Shown piece by piece: positions 9,767 through 17,166 of a DNA stretch of 64,000 bases. Origin of the DNA: Synergistaceae bacterium (lineage in GTDB: Bacteria > Synergistota > Synergistia > Synergistales > Aminobacteriaceae). Position 1 is the stretch's first letter, and every line of letters starts with the position of its first letter. The notes beneath the pieces were generated by a model, which was not told the DNA's origin, searched no databases, and worked only from the letters and a program-made list of their open reading frames with translations. The stretch covers positions 10,442 to 74,441 of the forward strand of contig JAFSJJ010000010.1 of NCBI GenBank assembly GCA_017439345.1, written 5' to 3'. A program made the position numbers and the translations under genes.

Positions 9767-10948
9767 GTGAACATTTACCCGTTGAATATATCATCACAGC
9801 AGGACATCAATAACATATGCGCAAAGATTCAGACGGACTCAAGGGCATTGGCTTACTTGTCGCCTAAATATAAAATTCTGCACTTCTACGCTGAGAACAT
9901 AGACTACAGGGCAGCGGCTTTTCTCAAGCAGGAATTATTATCACGCGGCGGAGACACTATAGTTACTAAGCACGTAATAGACGGCAAAAGCTCATCAAGC
10001 AATATATTACTCATGGGAACAAGCTCGCAGATTAAGAGCCTGATTCAAAAATTATCTTCAATGGACTGCTGGGGACTGAAAGATTTACGCGAGAGTCTTT
10101 CACGTTCATTCACGAATATAAATATTAACAAATGGCACATCAACAGCAAAATAACTCTCGACAACGATAACACTAAATTAATGGCAATTATAAATCTTAC
10201 TCCGGACTCATTCTACGAGGGCAGCAGAGTCAACGAGTCTCAAATAATCAACACTGCACAGAAATTCTTGAACGAGGGCGCATATATTCTTGACATCGGG
10301 GCAGAGTCGACGCGTCCCGGAGCAGCTCAGGTTGACTCAGAAGAGGAAATTTCGCGGTTAATCCCTGCACTGAAAATTTTACGGCGTGAGTTTGGTGATA
10401 AATTAATAATTTCAGTCGACACTTACAAAGCACTCACAGCACGGTCAGCAATTGACTCAGGAGCAGACATAATTAACGACATAAGCGGCTTCTCACTTGA
10501 TAGGGACATGCTAACTACAATCGCAAAGTTAAACGTCCCGTATATACTCTCTCACATTGAAGGCACTCCATCTAACATGAAAGAATTTGAAGGCCATGAA
10601 GATATTATTAATACCCTGCAAGTTTACTTCACTGATAAAATAAACGCTCTCGAACAGGCAGGACTCAGACGTGAGAATATTATTCTTGATCCGGGCTTAG
10701 GCTTTGCTAAGTCAGAACACGACAACTTCATGATAATAAAGCATATCGAATCGCTAAAAGTTTTCGGGCTGCCAATCATGACAGGACACTCAAGAAAGAG
10801 ATTCACAGGTGATAAAAACGAAATTGCAGGGACTCTTGCCGTGAGTTCATTATTGGCTGGACGGGTGAGTCTCCTGCGTGTTCATGATGTCAGAGAAAAT
10901 TTGCTTGCTGTCTCAGTGAGTCAAAGTATTCATGAATCACAGTTTTGA
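9767..10948 (+). CDS. folP: Dihydropteroate synthase with an uncharacterised ~135-aa N-terminal extension
   Basis: From ORF 9719..10948; the likely start is GTG 9767 with GGAGGA 8 nt upstream. The pterin-binding domain begins near LMAIINLTPDSFYEGSR, followed by DIGAESTRPGA, DTYK, INDISG and GHSRK. Confidence 0.9.
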   Translation: MNIYPLNISSQQDINNICAKIQTDSRALAYLSPKYKILHFYAENIDYRAAAFLKQELLSRGGDTIVTKHVIDGKSSSSNILLMGTSSQIKSLIQKLSSMDCWGLKDLRESLSRSFTNININKWHINSKITLDNDNTKLMAIINLTPDSFYEGSRVNESQIINTAQKFLNEGAYILDIGAESTRPGAAQVDSEEEISRLIPALKILRREFGDKLIISVDTYKALTARSAIDSGADIINDISGFSLDRDMLTTIAKLNVPYILSHIEGTPSNMKEFEGHEDIINTLQVYFTDKINALEQAGLRRENIILDPGLGFAKSEHDNFMIIKHIESLKVFGLPIMTGHSRKRFTGDKNEIAGTLAVSSLLAGRVSLLRVHDVRENLLAVSVSQSIHESQF

Positions 10949-10952
10949 TTTA

Positions 10953-12091
10953 TTAATGTGAGAACTTGTGCCTAATCCAGAACCAAGTATATTTAATCAA
11001 GTTAAGAACTGGTATTTTATTTATGACCCGATACTTAAATGATGCAAAGATTCTCTGAAGCAAAGGCTTGTTTAAACGTTCGGTTAATAAATCTATATTA
11101 GCTGTCGTCTTATCTGCAAGAATGTCTATTAATTCACTGTGAGTTATATCTCTTCCCCATTCAGCTGCGAGAAATGTATTCCAGTATAATTTTTCGTGTG
11201 CTGCTCCTGTGAAGACTTTCCACGGCTTGGGGACTGCGTACATATGCATTATGCAATGTGATAAATCTAGGTCTTTATTAAGAAGGTCATAGACATTGAA
11301 TCTGGGATCAATAAATTTTTTATCGCTTTCGAAAACAGAATTAATTGCATCCTGGTCCGGGAAGAGCGGCATATGACGATAATACATAAGCCATTCAAGG
11401 ATAATTTTGCTGAAATCTCCTCTTTCGCGAATTTTTTTGAGATTCATAACAGTTACTCCGGAATTAATATATTGTGTTCTGTTGCAGCCTAAAAATTCTA
11501 CATGCAGTGATAATTCTGATAAAAATTTCTGGCTGTGAACCCTGTCTAATACGCCGGCAATGCTTTTATTCTCAAGATCGATGCTCCAGAGTTCGTTAAT
11601 ATCAAGATTTACGATTATGTCGCAGTCAATATAGATTATTTTGTCAAGTGCAGGCAAAGCTTCAGGGATAAACATTCTGTAAAGAGCTCCGACCGTCCAT
11701 TGTCCTGAAATATGCTTTATTGATTCGCTGATTCTTTTTTCATGCTCTGTTATGTCGATAAACTCTAAAGTCTGTGAAAAATTTTCTGCTGTCTTGATTA
11801 ATTTATTGCGGTTGTCCTGTGTTAAAGTCTCATCATGCAGAATATGAATTGTAACAGGATTATGAGTGTGCTGAAAAATTGAAGTGATTACTACGCCTGC
11901 ATTCTGTGAATAATTTCCTGAAGGGTCATAGAGTGCTAATGCTACGTGTATGCGTTCAAGTGTTTCATTAGGCTTTAAGGCACAATAACAGCGTTGGGCG
12001 TTGGGCGTTGGGCGTTGGGCGTTGGGCGTTGGGCGTTGGGCGTTGGGCGTTGGGCGTTGGGCGTTGGGCGAATTGTAAAGTTATTTTGCAT
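10953..12091 (-). pseudogene. GT8-family glycosyltransferase with no usable in-frame start (phase-OFF or frameshifted)
   Basis: The listed ORF 10953..11675 (DCDIIV, GT8 C-terminal half) continues open upstream to 12080, encoding ...NETLERIHVALALYDPSGNYSQNAGVVITS (the GT8 N-terminus). That stretch has no ATG/GTG/TTG. The upstream ATGs at 12091 and 11968 are both in the wrong frame. Confidence 0.7.
11991..12070. repeat. Perfect heptanucleotide tandem repeat, (GCGTTGG)x11 plus GCG
   Basis: Read directly from the sequence: 80 nt with an exact 7-nt period. The ORF-track entry 11994..12197 (GVGRWAL repeats) is its translation. Confidence 0.97.
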
Positions 12092-12100
12092 TCCTGTCAA
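12072..12100 (-). promoter_or_regulatory. Sigma70-type promoter, TTGACA-17 nt-TACAAT, facing the GT8 gene
   Basis: On the minus strand the -35 TTGACA is at 12100..12095 and the -10 TACAAT is at 12077..12072, with a 17-nt spacer. The same architecture is conserved in the paralogous copy at 17198..17226. Confidence 0.5.
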
Positions 12101-12158
12101 GCTCCCTGTTAATAATTTGCGTTTTTGTAATTACAACATAAAGCATTCATGCACTATT

Positions 12159-12269
12159 ATAAAAACGAAATTGCAGGGACTCTTGCTGGACGTGTGAGTC
12201 TCCTGCGTGTTCATGATGTCAAAGCTAATATGATTGCCGTCTCAGTGAGTAAAAGTATTCATGAATCAC
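12159..12269 (+). pseudogene. Relic duplicate of the folP 3' end (last ~37 codons, in-frame 18-nt deletion)
   Basis: Aligns with 10812..10940 with about 8 substitutions and one 18-nt gap. It translates as KNEIAGTLAGRVSLLRVHDVKANMIAVSVSKSIHESLF*, compared with KNEIAGTLAVSSLLAGRVSLLRVHDVRENLLAVSVSQSIHESQF* for folP. Confidence 0.85.
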
Positions 12270-12614
12270 TTTTCTAATTGACTCGCATTCTGACTCGGTC
12301 AATCTTGAGTCATTATTCTCGTCAAACATTTTATTGATTCCGCCTATGATTTCTTCAGCGAGTGAAGCAACTAAATCACTATCACCGGACATGCTTAATA
12401 TTTTTATGCCGTAATCGAAATCGCGTTTCAGGTTATCGAATTTTTCAGGGGTCGCAACAACTCTGCATTCATTCAGGGAGGATTCACGGACTCCGGGCTT
12501 CATGAGTTCCCATTTAAATTTTGCCTGAGGGTCAAAGCGGTTTGCAAGCTCCATTAATTCTTTGGCTCCTGATGAGATTTTCTTCTTGAACGTGTTAATT
12601 ATGTTCGCTGCCAT
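12225..12614 (-). CDS. Hypothetical small soluble protein (129 aa), last gene of the GTPase operon
   Basis: The ORF overlaps the upstream gene by 20 nt. I recognise no motif. Its final 15 codons are antisense to the folP-tail relic. Confidence 0.6.
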   Translation of the reverse strand: MAANIINTFKKKISSGAKELMELANRFDPQAKFKWELMKPGVRESSLNECRVVATPEKFDNLKRDFDYGIKILSMSGDSDLVASLAEEIIGGINKMFDENNDSRLTESECESIRKVIHEYFYSLRRQSY

Positions 12615-13449
12615 GTGATAAAGTTTTGTCTATTGACGGCGATACTACATCGTATTTTAAGACGCTGGAGTCTCTCGATGAAAAATGACGTTCCGGAAGT
12701 GCTTTCTTAATATCTTCTGTGAGTCCGTTGATAACTTCTCGGCGGTTGACCTCTTGAGCCTTCTGAATCTCTTGAGCCTTATCCCTGCCTCCAAAGACAT
12801 AACAGCCCGCGATAAAAACTCCTACAAGTACTGCAACACCTACTGTAACTGCTGCAATCTTCTTTACTTTACCTGAAGAGTTATCTTTATCATCATCAGC
12901 AAATGACTCTGTTTCTGTTATGTCAAAGACCCTGCCAATATTAATATATTGCTCCTCACCGTTACGCTTCGTCCACTTCAGAACTTTGCCTTTATGAAGC
13001 CAGCCGTTGTCCTCGAAATCTCCGCCGTCAGACTGAAGCCAGCTCATGAAAGCAGACTCGTCAAGTTTAACGCCTTCTGCTTCAGTGCCTTCGTTAATGT
13101 CTTGAAGATTATTACTCAGCCAATTTTCAACGTCCTCCCAGTGATCGCTAATCTTAATGAACGCTGAAGCTGCTTTGCTAATCTCTTCAATCGGGAAAAT
13201 TTCACAGAACGAGAATCTTATTGCTCGTCCCCTCTCGTCTCGTTTATGGCGGTCAAGACCTGAAGCTACGAGATAAATTTTTGCATTCTCAATGAACGAA
13301 CATACGCACTCTTCGCCTTCAAGAATGCTGCATTTCTGACGCAGGGGCCTGAAACCTTCATAATTGCTGACAGTACCTGAGCCTCCGTTGATAAAGACCC
13401 TGTAATCTACAAATCTTGTGCGCGTTACGAATCTGAAATTATCACTCAT
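12595..13449 (-). CDS. Hypothetical single-pass membrane protein (284 aa)
   Basis: Has GGGGGTG 8 nt upstream of the ATG. It has a ~195-aa N-terminal domain, one TM helix (IAAVTVGVAVLVGVFIAGCYVF) and a ~65-aa charged C-terminal tail. Confidence 0.7.
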   Translation of the reverse strand: MSDNFRFVTRTRFVDYRVFINGGSGTVSNYEGFRPLRQKCSILEGEECVCSFIENAKIYLVASGLDRHKRDERGRAIRFSFCEIFPIEEISKAASAFIKISDHWEDVENWLSNNLQDINEGTEAEGVKLDESAFMSWLQSDGGDFEDNGWLHKGKVLKWTKRNGEEQYINIGRVFDITETESFADDDKDNSSGKVKKIAAVTVGVAVLVGVFIAGCYVFGGRDKAQEIQKAQEVNRREVINGLTEDIKKALPERHFSSRDSSVLKYDVVSPSIDKTLSHGSEHN

Positions 13450-13453
13450 AGTT

Positions 13454-14437
13454 TTACACCCCCATTAATTCTTTTCCGCAGATTATTTCATTTCTGCTGC
13501 TTCCGGAAGATATTCCGCTGCGGACATATTTTGCGATGTCAGGCATGTTGTCAGGCGAGAAAAATTCCCAGTCCCAAACGCAAACAAAGTGAAACATTTT
13601 GCGCCATATACTTTTGCTGCGTTTCTGCTGCTTCCTGAACTGCTCGAATAAGAAGCTCATTGCGAATCTCAAAGGCTGGTCGGTGTATTCGGGACTAAAA
13701 GTTTTGCCGTTGACTTTCATGAAAACCTGCTCTACTGCTCTGCCGCCTGCTGTCTTTAAATAGCTGAATTTGACATTGCCCATCGTGTTAATCGGGACTA
13801 TTGCAATTGCCAGCTTGCCTTTATAAGTTTCCTGTCCCATTTTGATTGTGTCATGAAAAGCATTCTTGACTGCCTGCTTCAATGCCTGCTGAGAGCTCCA
13901 GCTTTCCATATACTTTTCGCACTTAATCGGCACGAGCAGAATTAATCTCTCCTGCTTGTCTGATTCTCCGATTACTTCTTTTATCATGAGTTCGACATCT
14001 CTAATAGCTGCCTGCTCTGCATATTTCCCGCCTTGTTCCATTAAGTAGGGTGTATCGACTGCGACTATAAACACCAAAGACTGCTTCATTAACTTGATGA
14101 CTTGATTATAGTCTTGATCTGCTGCACTGCGAGCTATCCATCTTCCGGGGAAATCAAAGAATCTCACGGGCATAATGTTTTTATTACCCTTAATCTTGAA
14201 ATCGAAGGAAGTCATGTCTTCAGTATTCTTGACTTCACTGATATTCAATGTGCTAGGGTTTGCTGATTCCTTGAGTCTCTGATAAGCGTCCTCAAGAATG
14301 CCAAATGTCCTTCTGTCAGGGTAAAACGTTCCGGGTATCATGCTCTCAAGCTCTCTGTTCATGCAGGCAAGCATTGAAGTTTTGCCCGAACCCGAAGGCC
14401 CAAGCATTGTGAATATTAACGGTTTTGTCTCTGCCAT
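13454..14437 (-). CDS. P-loop GTPase-like protein (327 aa, TRAFAC-type motifs)
   Basis: Walker A/G1 is MLGPSGSGKTSML and G3/Walker B is RFFDFPGRW. There is no canonical NKxD; LVPIKCEKY is a possible G4 variant. Confidence 0.8.
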   Translation of the reverse strand: MAETKPLIFTMLGPSGSGKTSMLACMNRELESMIPGTFYPDRRTFGILEDAYQRLKESANPSTLNISEVKNTEDMTSFDFKIKGNKNIMPVRFFDFPGRWIARSAADQDYNQVIKLMKQSLVFIVAVDTPYLMEQGGKYAEQAAIRDVELMIKEVIGESDKQERLILLVPIKCEKYMESWSSQQALKQAVKNAFHDTIKMGQETYKGKLAIAIVPINTMGNVKFSYLKTAGGRAVEQVFMKVNGKTFSPEYTDQPLRFAMSFLFEQFRKQQKRSKSIWRKMFHFVCVWDWEFFSPDNMPDIAKYVRSGISSGSSRNEIICGKELMGV

Positions 14438-14479
14438 AACGTTAACTCCTTTGTTAGTAGAATCTTTTCGCTGAGATAA

Positions 14480-14647
14480 TTACTTGCTTTGTTTAAGTAT
14501 CCAAGCAATGACAAAAGCTGTTACTGCTGAAGCTAGTGCTGAGGCCAAGAGCCACATCACTTTTTCTAAATTGCCTAAACTATTTTCCGCAAGCAAAACA
14601 AACCAAGAAGTCCCGCATAGAAGAAAAATAATACACACACAATCCAT
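14480..14647 (-). CDS. Possible small hydrophobic protein (55 aa); an alternative 25-aa ORF runs from ATG 14652
   Basis: Below the ORF-track cutoff. Hand translation gives MDCVCIIFLLCGTSWFVLLAENSLGNLEKVMWLLASALASAVTAFVIAWILKQSK. It fills the only gap in the operon. GGGGG lies 10-15 nt upstream of the two ATGs. Confidence 0.3.
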   Translation of the reverse strand: MDCVCIIFLLCGTSWFVLLAENSLGNLEKVMWLLASALASAVTAFVIAWILKQSK

Positions 14648-14659
14648 TTCATATTGTAT

Positions 14660-16933
14660 TTACCCCCTGAACATAAAATTAGATGAACTCAATAACGCAG
14701 CAATCTCACTCAACGGAGCGCGTAAAGCTGCACATAATTCATTTCGTCTTTGTGAAGCCCCGTACTCTTCAGGCCACACTTTCCCCCTGATTGACCGGTA
14801 AAATCTCCGCCACTGATTTTGAAGACTCTTGCCTTCAAGTTGATTTGATCTGATGACTATATCTTTGAATTCTTCGGCCGCTGCAAAAGCTGCCTTGTTA
14901 GGTTCCGAGTATATATCTGCAAATGTCCTGTAAATCTCGTTAATCGTTTCGTAATAAAGAGCCTCAAGCAGTGTTATTGTCTCGCCGATGTCTGACAAGG
15001 GAACAACGTATTCTTGTGACGCTTTGTCTAACGGGTCAAGCCTGTTGAGCGAACTTCTGAGCCTGTGCTGAATAAAGCTCCTGTAATTCATTGAGTAGCC
15101 GAATAACAGGTTAAAGCCTTCAATGAGGGCGGGGACATCGTCTTTGAATTCTGATTTATCAAGGAAATTTATAATCTCGTTGAGCAGTCTGTAATCTCTG
15201 ACTCCGAAAGCCTTTTCAAGTCTGCCGGTATCTGCAAGAATCTCGCATATTTTATTCTTCATGTCGAGCAGCACAGCATTTAATGTAACGTCTAAATTTT
15301 CCTGAAGCTGTGAACTTAATTCCGTCCTGAGCAGGTGCATTGCATTTTCACGGGCCGTCTGAAGTCCTCCTGCCATGTTTGAAGTTTCCTTGATGTAGCT
15401 AGTGTAGTTTGCAGCCAAATCAAATTCTTCTGCCGACTTTAGAATCTCCATGATCTTTTCTTTAAATGGTATGCAGTCATCATCGCGCTTGACTCTTAAT
15501 TCTGAACCTTCGCCGACAACTTCTTGAAGCTTCATCCGCAGTTTGTTCCATAAGTCGTCCCAGAGGTCGTCAAATTTTCCGCTGTCCCTCTCTGAGTTAG
15601 AGTCATCACGCAAGAGCCACATAGCTTTATCCGTAATATCTTTGATGTCTGATAACAGCTTGTTCAAGAGTTCCTGAAGATTTTTCGCGTACTCTAAATC
15701 ATTGCGTTCAATATTGGCTGCGAGAAACTCTAATGCCTTATCAATTAATTTCTGTGAGACTTCATCAGGATTAGTGCAGTCTACGATAACAGAGTCAGAC
15801 ACTTTGATTTGAGCACTTGACATGTACTTTTGCATTAACTCGCACTGAGGCATATTCTCCGCTCCAGGTCTTGAGTCGTGGTTGAATACCCAGAATGACC
15901 AGCGTTCTATAGGAAGTTTTTCACCGAGCGCACGTTTTGCCTGACTATATAAATGAATCTCGTTATCCTGCCAGGCTGCTCCGGTATTTGAGGGCTTTGA
16001 CAGAAAGAAGACTAAATCAACCTGATCGCTCAATGCAGATACGACTCTTTTAACGTCTCCGATTCGAGTGTCTCCGAGTCCCGGCAGGTCTATTAATCTC
16101 AATGCGTTTACGTCAGTGTTAGGGAACTTGCAGAAAATTTCTACCCGGTCAACTGCTGCGTGTTTGAAAAATACTCTTTCACCCTTTGCGTTATCTTGAG
16201 CTACGTATTCGCGTATTTGTTCCCGTGATATTCTTAGCGGCGGCTTGTCTAAGTACTCCTGATACTGGCTCAAGTGGTCTTGTAAGTCCTTCAGGTGTTC
16301 TAAGTGCAGATTCATTTGAGTTATATATTCAGGGCTTGCCTTCAACGTTCCAGGCTCAGGGATATTTTGAGTCTTGAACTCTGCAACGCTTGACGGAGGG
16401 AATAAATCAATTTTATGCTGCTGAAGGTCTGCAAAGTAAGGCTCGATGTTCTCAGATATAAAGCGTCTCTCAGTCAGAAAATTTACTACTGCATAGGCTT
16501 CACTTGCTGAAGGGTCGTTAATTATATCGCTTCGGACTCCTGTGCAGAATGCCAAATTTCCGTCCGGTATCTCCTGAGCACTTAGTCCCGTTATCGTCTG
16601 TAAGAGTCTGCTCTTGCCCTGTCTAGCTCTGCCGATTACTGCGATGTTAAGGGTTCTGCGTGAGAGTCTTGCTGCTATGTTGTGCAAGTCCGCCGTTAAC
16701 CAGCTGCCTTCGTTGATTATGTGTTCCGATGAGTTCACTGTCTTGAAGAGTTCCGCAAGGTTTCCTGATTCTGAGTCTGACTCTGAGTCTATGTCCCTGT
16801 TATATTTCCTGCATAAGTTCGAGAATTCCTCAAACTTTGAGAGTACCCGCGATAATTTCTCTCTTGACTGGGTAATCTTCTCTGCAAGAGGCGCGCGCTG
16901 ATTGATAATGCTCTCGATGAAGTCCTGTCTCAT
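14660..16933 (-). CDS. Dynamin-family large GTPase (bacterial dynamin-like protein, 757 aa)
   Basis: G1 is IAVIGRARQGKSRLLQTITG and G3 is LRLIDLPGLGDT. It has a long helical C-terminal half (~400 aa) and an N-terminal acidic/Ser stretch, DIDSESDSESG. Confidence 0.85.
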   Translation of the reverse strand: MRQDFIESIINQRAPLAEKITQSREKLSRVLSKFEEFSNLCRKYNRDIDSESDSESGNLAELFKTVNSSEHIINEGSWLTADLHNIAARLSRRTLNIAVIGRARQGKSRLLQTITGLSAQEIPDGNLAFCTGVRSDIINDPSASEAYAVVNFLTERRFISENIEPYFADLQQHKIDLFPPSSVAEFKTQNIPEPGTLKASPEYITQMNLHLEHLKDLQDHLSQYQEYLDKPPLRISREQIREYVAQDNAKGERVFFKHAAVDRVEIFCKFPNTDVNALRLIDLPGLGDTRIGDVKRVVSALSDQVDLVFFLSKPSNTGAAWQDNEIHLYSQAKRALGEKLPIERWSFWVFNHDSRPGAENMPQCELMQKYMSSAQIKVSDSVIVDCTNPDEVSQKLIDKALEFLAANIERNDLEYAKNLQELLNKLLSDIKDITDKAMWLLRDDSNSERDSGKFDDLWDDLWNKLRMKLQEVVGEGSELRVKRDDDCIPFKEKIMEILKSAEEFDLAANYTSYIKETSNMAGGLQTARENAMHLLRTELSSQLQENLDVTLNAVLLDMKNKICEILADTGRLEKAFGVRDYRLLNEIINFLDKSEFKDDVPALIEGFNLLFGYSMNYRSFIQHRLRSSLNRLDPLDKASQEYVVPLSDIGETITLLEALYYETINEIYRTFADIYSEPNKAAFAAAEEFKDIVIRSNQLEGKSLQNQWRRFYRSIRGKVWPEEYGASQRRNELCAALRAPLSEIAALLSSSNFMFRG

Positions 16934-17166
16934 GATAAATAAATCAATCCTTTCATGTTATGTGTGTGATGAGTGAATTAATGATCTCGAAATGTTCACA
17001 GCGAATCAAATGCATCTGGGTTAATGCATAAAATCAAATGTGAGCAGCCTTGTATTTCGTGAATGTAAATGTAAATTTGAATCGTGAAGAGCGTGTTAAT
17101 ATAAATACTGGTGTGAAAAATTTATTTTTATTTCGTTGAGTGTGATTTAATTCGTTTGAGTTCTCA

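Larger units (their letters stand above)
11971..12118. repeat. Direct repeat copy A of a promoter/leader element (contains the expanded heptamer tract)
   Basis: GGCTTTAAGGCACAATAACAGCGTTG...AATTGTAAAGTTATTTTGCATTCCTGTCAAGCTCCCTGTTAATAATTT aligns with 17167..17246. By hand alignment there are 2/26 and about 9/40 mismatches on either side of the tract. Confidence 0.8.

Noticed and set aside
11991-12070. Possible CRISPR array or minisatellite-encoded element.
   Set aside because: The unit is only 7 nt, perfectly tandem, with no spacers. There are no cas genes in the window.
11994-12197. The ORF-track protein MGVGRWALGVGRWALGVGRW... (67 aa, + strand), which looks like a repeat protein.
   Set aside because: It is simply the heptanucleotide tract read in frame from a TTG. 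It continues into promoter DNA and has no RBS. The tract is better explained as a DNA-level repeat belonging to the minus-strand GT8 leader.
14484-14801. A + strand 105-aa ORF in the gap of the GTPase operon.
   Set aside because: It is antisense to the dynamin-like gene's 3' end and to the hydrophobic mini-ORFs. It uses a non-ATG start without an RBS and its composition looks like antisense read-through.
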